Assembly: GCF_018977255.1 (NCBI RefSeq) | Contig: NW_024704742.1 | Span: 138,448,001-138,512,000, forward strand | From: Callorhinchus milii | Taxonomy: Eukaryota | Reading direction: 5' to 3' | DNA: 64,000 bases | In this document: positions 25,401 to 37,400 of the stretch, one piece after another | Layout of the letters: every line of letters starts with the position of its first letter | Numbering within the stretch: the stretch's first letter is position 1 | Program-made: the position numbers and the translations under genes | The notes under the pieces: model-generated | Told to the model about the DNA's origin: nothing | What the model saw: the letters and a program-made list of their open reading frames with translations, nothing else | The model's database searches: none

Positions 25401-28400
25401 GGTGCGGGACAGTACACGAGCTGCAGAGTTCTGAATGACCTGCAGCTTGTGGAGGAGGTGGCGGAGGCCGGCGAGGAGAGAGTTTCCATAGTCCAGCCTT
25501 GAGGTGACAAAGGCGTGAACCAGGGTTTCAGCAGCGTGAGGGTGAGGTAGTGCCGTAGTCTGGCGATATTTCGGAGGTGATGGAAGGCGGTGCCAGTTGT
25601 GGTGCGGATGTGAGGGAGAAAGGACAGCTCAGGGTCGAACAAAACGCCGAGGTTCCTGATGGCTTTGAGAGGTGGAGAGTGCAGCCTTGGATGCTGATGG
25701 TGTCGGCGCCTGAGGTGCGGAGGCGCTGACGTGAGCCAATCAGGAGGGCCTCGGTTTTTCGCACGTTGAGCTGAAGAAAGTTGTCTCTCGTCCAGGACTC
25801 GATGTCGGACAGGCAGCTGTCAGGACATCGGGGGTCGTGGAGTTGAGAGTAGAGGAGGCTGAAGGCCCGACCACCGATAGTAGGTCACTTAATTAAGTGA
25901 CCACATTGTAATGAATGAATGAATTATACTGTTTGTGGGACACCAATGTACACAACTGACTGCCGTGTTTCGCTCACGAAGGCGCGGCCGCCGATGGCGG
26001 AGTGGAGGATTCGAGGGAAAGGAGGAGGCCGGAGCCAGCAGAGAAGAGGCAGCCGGTAGTCCTGTGCGGAGAGAGGAGGTTAGAGAGGTGGGGGAAAGGA
26101 ATGGAGGGTTTAAGCACTAGGGTGAGGATCTTGAAGTCGATCTGCTCTGTGACAGGGAACCAGTGGAGTTTGGCAAGGAGTGGAGTAATCGGGGTATGGA
26201 GTTTGGTGCGGGTGAGAATGCGGGCGGCGGTACCCACTACCTCCACTCGACTGATCCGGAATCCTGCATGTCCCCTGTGCTCTCCGTTCCAACATAGGTA
26301 GCCACGCTTTCAGCCACTACGTCCTGAAACTCTGGAACACTCTTCCTCTATCCCCCCACCTTGCCCCCTCCTTCCCAACTTCAAATCATGCCTGAAGACC
26401 TTCCTCTTCGACCGTGCCTACGGTCACCTCCCCCCGGCTCGGCATCGTGCTCCATCACTGTCAAGCTCTGGGATGCTACCCTGTGTGAGGGGCGCTATAT
26501 AGCAAGTTGCGGTTGTTGTTAAAATACGTCTCTTCAATTGCGCTTTCGGTCATCTTCCCTCTCCGCCCTTCCTGAGCTCCTCCCCCCCAGCCTGGGCTCA
26601 GTCAGCTTTGTGATTCCCTTCGAGGAGTTCTTTAAATGCGAAAAGTATTGTGTAAATAGAGATGAATGTTGTACCAATTGCTCCGGTTACAGTGTAATAA
26701 TAATAATAATCCTTGCATTTGATATAGCGCTTTTTACGTCAGGAGGACGTCCCAAAGCGCTTCACAGAACACACTGTAAAGTGAATTGACTGTATATTTG
26801 TGGGCGAACGCGGCAGCCAATTGCGCACAGCAATGTCCCACAAACAGTCGTAGATTGAAAATGACCAATTTATTATTGTTTTTGGTTTTTGGAGGGATTA
26901 TTATTAGGCTGTGTGTGGAGTAAGGAAACTTGCCCAAGGTTTCCCCCTGACTGACCCCCCGGGGATTGAACTCGGGTCTCTCACTTGCAAAGCGAGTGCT
27001 CTAACCACTGAGCTACAGGACTCCACACCACCTAGTGGCCAGTTACAGTGTAGCATCTTCTAGTAGTAGTAGTAGTAGTAAATCAGGAACCAGCACAGTG
27101 CAAAACATATAACGATCCTTGCATTTGATAGTGCGCCTTATTATGTCTTCGAGATGTCTCAAAGGGCTTTACAGGATATACTGTAAAGTGAATTGACTAT
27201 ACTTTGTGGGCGATACGAGACAGCAAATTACACACAGCAGTGTCCCACAAACAGTCGTGGATTGAGTGACCGAAATATTTTTTTTAAATTTTGAAGGGAT
27301 TACAATCTGCCAATCTGCCAATTGACTAAAAACCGGGTTCCTACTTATTGATAGGTAAACAGATGCGTGTGGAGTAAGGAAAGTTGCCCGGGAATCAAAC
27401 CCAGGTCTTCCCGCTTGCGAGGCGACTGCTCTACAACAACAACAAGATTGCATTTATAGAGCGCCTTTCACGTCGGGAGGACGCCCCACCAAGGCACAGG
27501 ACTTTTATTACATCAGACGAACATCAAAAAATGCTTCGCAGAATTTACTGCAATGCGTAGTGATTATGTACATTGTAGGTGAAAGCAGCAGCGAATTTTT
27601 GCTGCTGGCGAGAAAGCATTGCGTTGAAGCTACATTCAACAATTTTGCTTCTCGAGGGCATTTGTGGAGTCCTGTAGCTCAGTGGTTACAACACTTGCCC
27701 CGCAAGCAAGAGGACCTGGGTTCGATTCCCGGGCAGGGCAAAACGTTGGGCCAGTTTCCTTATTCCTCACGCCTCTGTTTACCAGCAGTCAGTAGGAATC
27801 CACTAATGTTTAAATCACTCCATTCCTTGGCACCCCTCTCTCTAACCTCCTCTCTCCCCACAGCAGTACCCACTTACTCCGCTCTACTGGGTCCGGCCTC
27901 CTCCGTGTCCCCTGAATCCTCCGCTCCACCATTGGCGCCCCTGCCTTCAGCCACTATTCCCCGAAACTTTGGAACTCCCTCATTGAACCCCTTGGCCTCG
28001 CTCCCTCCTTCCCCATCGTCAGGTCGCGCCTGAAAACTTTGCCCTTCGACCGCGTCTACGGTCACCTTCCCCCATCCCCTGGCTCGGCCTCGGGCTCCGC
28101 CATTGTTAAGCTCTGAGATGCCGCCCGGCGTGAAGAGCGTCATATAAGTGCAAGTTGTTGTTGTTGTTAGTTGATTGATCACTTTTCCGGTTGTAATAAT
28201 CCCTTAAAAAAAACTAATAATAATTTAGCCACTCAATCCAGAAGTGCTATGCTTAATTGACTGCCGCGTTTTGCCCACGAAATATACAGTCAATTCACTT
28301 TACAGCATATTCTGTGACACGCTTTGAGATGCCTCAAAGATGTGAGAAGGTCCAAAATCAAATGCAAGGGTTATTATTATTATTAATGGCAATAGTTACA

Positions 28401-31400
28401 ATCTCTAGCTGTCTGCCTACCCCACATCTAGTCCCTTTGCTCTTCTGGCTGCAGCCTCCTGGACATCCCTCGTCCCCTCCACTCCACCATTGCAGCCATG
28501 TTTTCAGCCACTACTCCCCGAAACTAAGGAACTCTGTGTCTCAATCCCTTCACCTTGCCTCCTCTTTGCCTGAGTTCCGATTACACCTGAAGACTTTCCT
28601 CTTCAACCATGCCTACGGTAACCTCCCTCCCCGGCTCGGTATCAAGCTCTGCCACTGTTAAAGTGCTCTGAGACACTAGCCCACATGAAGGCCCTATATA
28701 AATACAAGTTGTTGTTGTTAAAGATCCCACAACACTATTGGAAAAAAGAAGAAAAAGTTGATTATTCAGTTCATGGCTGTATGTGGGACTTTGGTGTGTG
28801 CAAAATGGCTGCCATGTTTGCTAACAAACATACAGTCACCTCCCTTGACAATAATTATAATACAAAAATAATCCTTGCGTTTCATTTATAGCCTTATCAT
28901 GTCACGTGAGAGACATTTTTCAAAGTGAAAGGTGTTATAAATATGTAATTTGTTTCTTCTTCCTTTGTTAAAGTCACCTTGAAATTCTCCTGCAACTTCC
29001 CACACCCGTTCCTTTCATTAGAAACAAGCCTGGGGGTGCTGTTAGTATGGGGTGGGGAGTGAAATCAGGAGGCAGTTTTTCACCCTAAGGGTGGTAGAAA
29101 TCTGGAACTCTCTCCCCCAAAAGGCTGTGGAAGCTGAATCCATTCACATTTTCAAGACTGAGGTGAATAGATGTTTGTTAGGGTATCAAGGGATATGGGG
29201 CAAGGGCGGATAATTGGAGTTGAGGTACAGATCAGCTATGATCTATTAGAATAGTGGAATAGGCTTGAGGGGCTGAATGGCCTCCTCCTGTTCCTATGAG
29301 ACACCAACACTCCTGGTGTGGTGCAGAATACCGGAAATCAAGCAGTAATGTTTCGGTTGCCAACGTGCCTACATTTTTGAGTCGCTGCCCAAAAATACTC
29401 TCAGTTGCCACGGACTCTTGACTCGGAGTAGCCTGTGAAATTCCGTGTGGCCAGGCTCCAACATTATTTTAGAACTTGGCTCCCGCTCTGTTATTTGCAG
29501 CCCAGCCAAAAGCGCCCGGCCAAAGTCATTAGCTCCAGGGGTTGTTAGTCAGAAAACAGAAGCCCTTTCATAATTGTTTACTGATCGTATTATTCCATTG
29601 GGATACAGTTAACTCAATCTCTGAGGAGTTAAATTCTATAATAATAATAATCCTCAATACAATCCCTATAATGTCAATGATGCCAAAGTGCTTCACAAGG
29701 AAATGCTGTCTATGACTGTATTTGTAGGCAAAAGTGGCAGCCATTATTAATACAACGATCGAAGCTCCACAAACAGTCATGAATCAATGGAGGATTGTTG
29801 ATCTGGACATCAGGAGAAATTTCCTTTTCCACTGGATCAACCCACTACCCACTCCCTCCGATCGACTGGTTCTCGCCTCTTAATAATAATAATAATTAAT
29901 CCTCGCATTTGATATAGCGCTTTTCACGTCGGGAGGACGTCCCAAAGCGCTTCACAGAACACACTGTAAAGTGAATTGACTGTATATTTGTGGACGAACG
30001 CGGCAGCCAATTGCGCACAGCAATGTCCCACAAACAGTCGTAGATTGAAAATGACCAATTTATTATTGTTTTTGGTTTTGGAGGGATTATTATTAGGCTC
30101 TGTGTGGAGTAAGGAAACTTGCCCGAGGTTTCGCCCTCTGCCTGGAATTGAACTCAGGTCTCTCACTTGCAAAGCGAGTGCTCTAACCACTGAGCTACAG
30201 GACTCCACTCTTGCATATCCCTCGTGCCCCCCGTTCCACCATCGGTGGCAGCGCTTTCAGCCACTACGCCCCGAAATTCTGGAACACTCTTCCCCTATCC
30301 CTCCGCCTTGCCCCATCCTTCTCCATCTTCAGATGACCCTCCTCTTCGACCATGCCTACGGTAACTTCGCCTGTCTCCCGACTCAGCATCAGGCTCCGTC
30401 ACTGTTAAGAGCTCTGGGACATTACCATGTGAGGGGTGCAAGCTATTGTTGTTATGACATTGTAGAGATCCCCCACTGCTGTACTGAAGTTTCAGCCGAC
30501 ACTTTGAACTCTCAATTCCTGATGTGGGACTTGAACCCCAAATCTTATAATAATAATAATTTGATATAGCATCTTATCATGTCTTTGAGACGTCTCAAAG
30601 CGCTTCACAGAACATATTGTAAAGTGAAATGACTGTATATCTTGTGGGCGAAATGCGGCAGCCAATTGCACAGTAGTGTACCACAAACAGAGGTGGATTG
30701 AGTAACCAAATTATTATTATTATTTTTTAAAATTTTTGAAGGATTATTACCCCCGGAAATGCGATCCGCCAATCGATTGACAATTAAGAGTCCTACATAC
30801 TGCTAGGAAAACAGGCATGTGGAGTAATGAAACTTGCCCAACATTTCACACTGCTAGGATTCGATCCCAGGTCTCCCACTTGCGAGGTGAGCGCTCTAAC
30901 CACTAAGCTACAGGACTTCAGATGCAGAGCCGAGAGTGTTCCCAACCAGAGTAGGCTGCCCCATGGAGATAGGGTTAACTCGTTCTCTCAATGCCAACAG
31001 CAACCTCGGCCTCCAGTATTCAGCACAGAAATGCAGCCACAGCAACAAATGACCATCCCAGTCCAACGTACAAACATTTTGGCATTTATAAAACTCTTAT
31101 TGTGTTGGCTAACGCCACCCTGCTCCGACAGAAAGAAAGAGGCCAAGCAATGCTAATGCGCAATGACAGAAAGAATTCAGATGGTGTGTGGCCCCCATTC
31201 AGCCACCAGACAGTCAGACCTCACAGTGCCAGTCAGTTCCAGACACAGCCAGAGACGCGTGCTTGTGTTATTGGAATCTGTTGGGTGGGAGGGGGGGGGT
31301 TATTTTCTGATAACAACAGCAATGTCATTCCCAGTGCAGTTAATAATGATCATCATCCTCTGCTCAGTAGGTTCCGGCCCCCACGTTGCTCTCCACACCA

Positions 31401-34400
31401 TCAGCGGGTAGGACCTTCAGCCACTCTGCTTCCACCTCTCGCAACTCCATCCTACAGTCCCTTCGCCTCACTCCCTCCCTTGCCTCCTTCAAGGCCCTGC
31501 TCTCCGACCGGACTTTTGGTCACCCTCCTACTCCTACCCTCCCTGCCTCCACCCCTACTGATTCCAACTTCCTGCTTATGTCCAAATCACTGACTGTCCA
31601 GTGCCTTGGGACATACACCCGGTAAAAGGTGCTTTGTAAATGTAATTTGTTGTTGTTGCATTTGATATACTGCCTATAATATTGAAACATCCTAAAGCGC
31701 TTCTCAGGCAATTACTGTCAAGTGTAGTTTATAGGCAAGATCCCACAAATAGCTGTGGGATGAATGACCTATTGATCTGTAAAATTATCAGTCAGGATCT
31801 TGGGAGAAATTCCCTTCTTTTCCAAAAATGTTGCAGGATCTTTAACATCCACCTGAACAAACTGACAGAACATCTAATCTGACAGTCAGCACCTCCAGCA
31901 ATGCATTGCTCCCTCAATACTGTACTAGGGTGTCAGCCTGGACTGTGAGCTCAATGTCCCAGCAAGGCTGGAACCCACAATTTTCTGACCAGGAGGCGAC
32001 GGTGTAAGTGACTAATAATAATAATCCTTGCATTCGATAATAATAATAATCCTTACATTTGATATAGCGCTTTTCACGTCTTCTAGACGTCTCTAAGCGC
32101 TTCACAGAATATACTGTAAAGTGAATTGACTGTATAGTTGGGGGCGAACGCGGCAGCCAATTGCGCACAGCAGCGTCCCCACAAACAGTCGTGGATTGAA
32201 ATGACCGATTTATTATTTTTTTGTTGTTTTTTTTGGAGGGATTATTATGCTATTACGCCTCATGACGCCTTCGAGCCGTCTCAAAGCGCCTCACAGAATA
32301 TACTGTAAAGTGAATCGACTATATTTTGTGGACTGTATTTTATGCAGCAGCCACTTGCGCGCAGCAGTGTCCCACAAAGAGTCGTGGATTGAGTGACTAA
32401 ATTATTATTATTATTTATTTATTTTGGAAGGGAAAAGTGATCCGCCAATCAACTAACAACCAGGTTCCTAATTACTAATAGGTAAACAGATGCGTGTAGA
32501 GTAAGGAAACTTGCCTAAGGTTTCGCCCCGTCCGGGAATCGAACCCAGGTCTCTCGCTTGGGAGGCACAGGACTCCACTTTGCCAAATGTTTGTTTGATG
32601 CAGACAGTGCCCTTGAAGCTGCAGCCTTTTTCTCCTTTGTCGTTTAGTATCTCTCGAAAATTGACGCACTGTTTTGAGCGTCTATCAGCAGAAACTGAAA
32701 TTATGTTTCCCTGATGGAAAGAACTCAATCCAACACTGCAACACCCAAACTGACGAGTTTCTAGCTCTGAAGCATTCTTCCAAGCAGTTGGTACTATAGT
32801 TCTAATGTGATTTGTGGCTGAGCTGGTTTAAATATTGGAAACTAATAGGAAGAACTTTTTTGTAGCTCCTTTTCCTTTGAAACGGTTCAATACCAACAAC
32901 AAATGACATTTGTATAGCGCCTTTCACGTCGGAAGGACGGCCCAAGGTGCTGGATAGTAAGGGATTCGCACCCGCGCTGGGGGTTGAGATCCGCAGGGGT
33001 GGAGAACAGGGAGGGCGTGGGTAGGAGGGTGACCCAAGGTGTGGTCGAAAAGGAGGGTCTTGAGACGTGTTTTGAAGGAGGCAGGGTAGGGAGCGAGGCG
33101 AAGGGACTGTGAAATGGAGTTCCCAAGGGTGGAGTCCTGTAGCTCAGTGGTTAGAGCACTCGCTTTGCAAGCGAGAGACCTGAGTTCAATTCCAGACAGG
33201 GCGAAACCTTGGGCAAGTTTCCTTACTCCACACGCTTAATAATAAAATAAAACAAAACAAATAAAAATAATAAATTGGTCATTTTCAATCCGCGACTGTT
33301 TGTGGGACATTGCTGTGCGCAATTGGCTGTCGCGTTTCGCCCACAAATATACTGTCAATTCACTTTACATTCTGTGAAGCGCTTTGAGACGTCTAGAAGA
33401 TGTGAAAAGCGCTATATCAAGTGCAAGAATTATTATTATTATTATTAGAGGCTGAAGGCCCAACCACCAATGGTGGGGCGGGGGACGTGGAGCAGGCTGG
33501 AGTCTGCTGAGCGCAGAGAGAGGACAGGTCGATATGTCATCAAAGCTCTTTACACAGTAACTCTGTTTTTGTAGGCAAACAGCATTTGGTGCACAAGAAA
33601 GACCCGCAGACAGTGATGACCAATTTATCTAGAGCAAGAATGGCCAACTTGTGGTCAATGGGCCAAATATGTACAATAGTCACGGGCTGCATGGGACTGC
33701 AGGTTGGCCATCCCTGACCTGGAAGATTGCCAGCAAGGACACCAGGAGAAACTCTTTCTTTTTCCAATAGTGTCATGGGATATTTAATGTCCACCCAAAG
33801 AACAAGACGGGACCTTGTAGCATTGCCCCAATACTGCACTAGATCGTCATCCTAGACTGTGAGATCAAGAACCCAATGTGATGTTTAATCCCATGACCTT
33901 CTGCCCCAGACGAGACAGTGCTCCCCATAGAGACACCTGCCAATACTGCAAAAGTTCATTGCAGCAGTGCCTTCAATACGAGAGCTTCTGACACGTTTCA
34001 TTGCTCACCCAAACGAAGTGTGTGCAGTGAAGCTCGCTTACACCAGCTTGTCTGGCTCATCAGCCAGACTTGAGAGGTGCAGACATATCCTCAACCCAGT
34101 GAGCCAAAACACAACCGGTTTTAGCCAGACAAGTACCAGGTGTCTGGTTTACTCAGTTGGTAGCAAGCCCTACATTGGAACCTGAGCTCACAGTCCAGGC
34201 TGACACTCCAACAGAACACTGGGTTGGTTCTGTCCTTCAGATGGAGTCCTGTAGCTTAGTGGTTAGAGCACTCACCTCGCAAAGCAAGAGGACCTGGGTT
34301 CAATTCCCAGGCAGAGCAATATTGTTAAGCGAGTTTCCTTACTCCACATGCCCCTGTTTACCTAGCAGTAAGTCTCAACCAGGTTGTTAGTCGATTGATA

Positions 34401-37400
34401 AATCGCTTTTCCGAGTGTAATAATCCCTTCAAAGTAATAAAATAAATTTAAACAAAATAATAATTGGGTCACTCAATCCATGACTGTTTTTTGGGACACT
34501 GCTGTATACAATTGGCTGCCATGTTTTGCCCACACAAATATACAATATATCCTGCAAAGAGCTTTGAGATGTCTTAAAGATGTGATAAGGCGCTATATCA
34601 AATGCAACAACAACTTGGATTTATATAGCGCCCTCCAAGCCGGACGGCCTCTCAGAGCGCTTCACAATCACGGATCCCGGGGCCGAGCCAGGGGTTAAAT
34701 GCAAGGATTATAATTATTAAACCTGTTCCTTCAGATAAATTTTTGAAGAATTAGTGACACTATTGGAAAAGGAAGTTTTTTTCCCAGTGTCCTGACCAAC
34801 AATCTTCAGATTAATTGATGATTAACTTCCTAGGTGTTTAATGGGAGTTTCCTGTGTTCAAAGTGCTGTTGTGTTTGCCTACAAATACAGCTGTCACATT
34901 TGACAGTTGGAGAGAGGTCAGAAGGTGTTTCTTCATTCAGAGGGTTAGTAGGATTTGGATGCTGCTGAGGATGAATCAATAGAATCATTCAAAGGGGAAC
35001 TGGGCAGTAAAAACACAAGGGCTATAATCCTTGCACTTGATTTAGCGCTTTATCGCATTGTTGAGACGACAACGACAACTTGCATTTATATAGCGCCCTT
35101 CACCTGGAGTGCTTGACAGTGGCGGAGTCTGACCCTGATCTAGGGGGAGGGAGCGGGGAGGTGACCATAAGCACGATCAAAAAGGAAGCTCTTTAGGCCT
35201 GATTTGAAAGTGGGGATGGAGGAGGCAAGGCGGAAAATTAAGGAAGAGAGTTTCAGAGTTTCGGGGTGTAGTGACTGAAGGCATGACCACCAATGATGGA
35301 GCGGAGGGGACGAGGCTAGAGCCAGCGGAGCGGAGACAGTGGATGGCGGAGTGTGGGGTAAGCAAATCGACTAGGTAGGGATGTGCGAGGGCAGGAAGGG
35401 ATTTCAAAACGAGTGAGAGTGAGAAATGTCTTAAAGCACTTCACCAAATATACGGTAAAGTGTAATGACTGCATATTTTGTGGGCGATACATCAATAACA
35501 ACTTGCACTTATATAGCACCCTCCACGCAGGATAGCGTCTCAGAGCGCTTGACAGTGGCGGAATCTGACCCTGATCCAGGGGGCAGCCAGTTGCGCAAAG
35601 CAATGTCCCACAAACAGTAATGGATTGAAAAGCAATTTTTTTTTTGATCGGATTATTATCCACGGAAAAGAGATCCACCAATCGACTAACTGGTTCCTAT
35701 TTACTGCTACGTAAACAGGTGTGCGGAGTAAGGAAACTTGCCCACTGTTTCATCCTGCTGGGAATCTACAGGACTCCACTAGGGTTATGTTGTACAAGTT
35801 GGATTACAAGAGGAATTCATTAGAAAAACGGGTACCAGTCACAGCTATGACAGCCCAAACAGCCTCCTCCTGTGCTGAAAGTGTCTGTTGGTTATTTGGT
35901 ATAAAGTTATTTGGTATAAAGTTGTGCTCAGATCGAGAGGCTGAGAGGCTCGATATGGCTTTGTTTTGGGGTGTTCTATTAATTGATTACTTCAAAGAAC
36001 CTGGGTGGAACCACACTGAACTTACATTTACTTTCACTTGCTTGTTGACTGATTCTGCAGCTTTTCTGAGAATCCTAGATCTACTATATCTTGACTGCCT
36101 CATTAACTGACCAATAACTGTTGAGAGATGTCAGAAGTGTGACAAAAATTTCTGGCCATGCACCAACTTTGACCTCACCTTCTTTTCTGAGAACGATGTT
36201 TTTCTACTGTTAAATTGCTTAGTCCTGTGGCCTAGTGGTTAAAGCACTCGTGATTGTCTCATCTTTAAAATGTGACGAGGCGTAATATCAAATGCAAGGA
36301 TTATTATTTATTATGAAGTATTTTGCTTTATACACCAGACATGGTAAAATATTACTCCCTGCAATGTGGCATGCAAGAAGGGCACAGGACAATTCTGTTT
36401 ATTTCGTGGTGACGTATCTACAACAAGAACAAATTGCATTTACACAGCGCCTTTCATGAAGGGAGGATGTTCCAAGGAGCTGGATATAGAGGGTTTGCAC
36501 CCCTGGATTCACCAGGGGTGGGGATTAAGGAAGGTGGAGGTTTTGAGAAGAGGAAGGTCTTGAGACGGACCTTGAAAGGAGGCAAGGAAAGGGGCAAGGC
36601 GAAGCAATGGCATGATAGAGTTCCAGAGAGCTGGGGCAGTTAGTCTGAAAGCCCAACCATGAATGGTGGGGCGGGCAGGATGGGGTAATGGAAGCAGGCT
36701 AGTTAGTACCTGCCAAGCGGAAGGTTTAAGAAAGTAGCAGAAGTACGATGGGGAAAGACTGTGGAGGATTTAAAGGTGAGGAAATCTAGACCTTGTCCTT
36801 CTTCTCTATATCAGTGGGTATAATTAGGAACTCACATGCACAGCTCAGCTACAAGTGAAGTTCAATGGGAAACAAATTTAACTCATCTATACGTTTTGGT
36901 CAGCCAGGTGTCTGACAGAAACCAATCACCATGCTTAAGAGTATCCAAACCAAACAGAGTTCTAAAAAAAATAATAATTTGATCACTCAATCCACGACTG
37001 TTTGTGAGACAGCGTCGTGTTTCGCCCACAATATGTACTGTCAATTCACTTTACAGTATATTCTGTGAAGCGCTCCGAGACATCTTGAAGACATGATAAG
37101 GCGCTATATCAAGTGCAAGGATTATTATTATTACATATGTATCCTAGTGCGTCAATGACTAGGTAATCATTTAACATTTGACAAGCGCAGGTTTGAGCCA
37201 AGACTTAGTGGATACTAAGTCATAGGTACTCCATGAAAGCTCCCTGGTGAGCAACACAACTCAGCTTGAAATCATTAGCACCATCCTCCCTCCCAACCAC
37301 CCACAGCTCCGACAGCTCTATCCACTGAGTTTTTTCACTGGATGGAGGTGTGGAACACGACAATATGGGCGCTTCAACATTTCGTAGAGTAATGCAGGAC

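Noticed and set aside
25980..26520. Adjacent opposite-strand L2 pieces resembling a twin-priming 5' inversion
   Set aside because: The overlapping parts are clearly diverged and match different L2 subfamilies (cf. ~27805 versus ~41130), so independent insertions are more likely.
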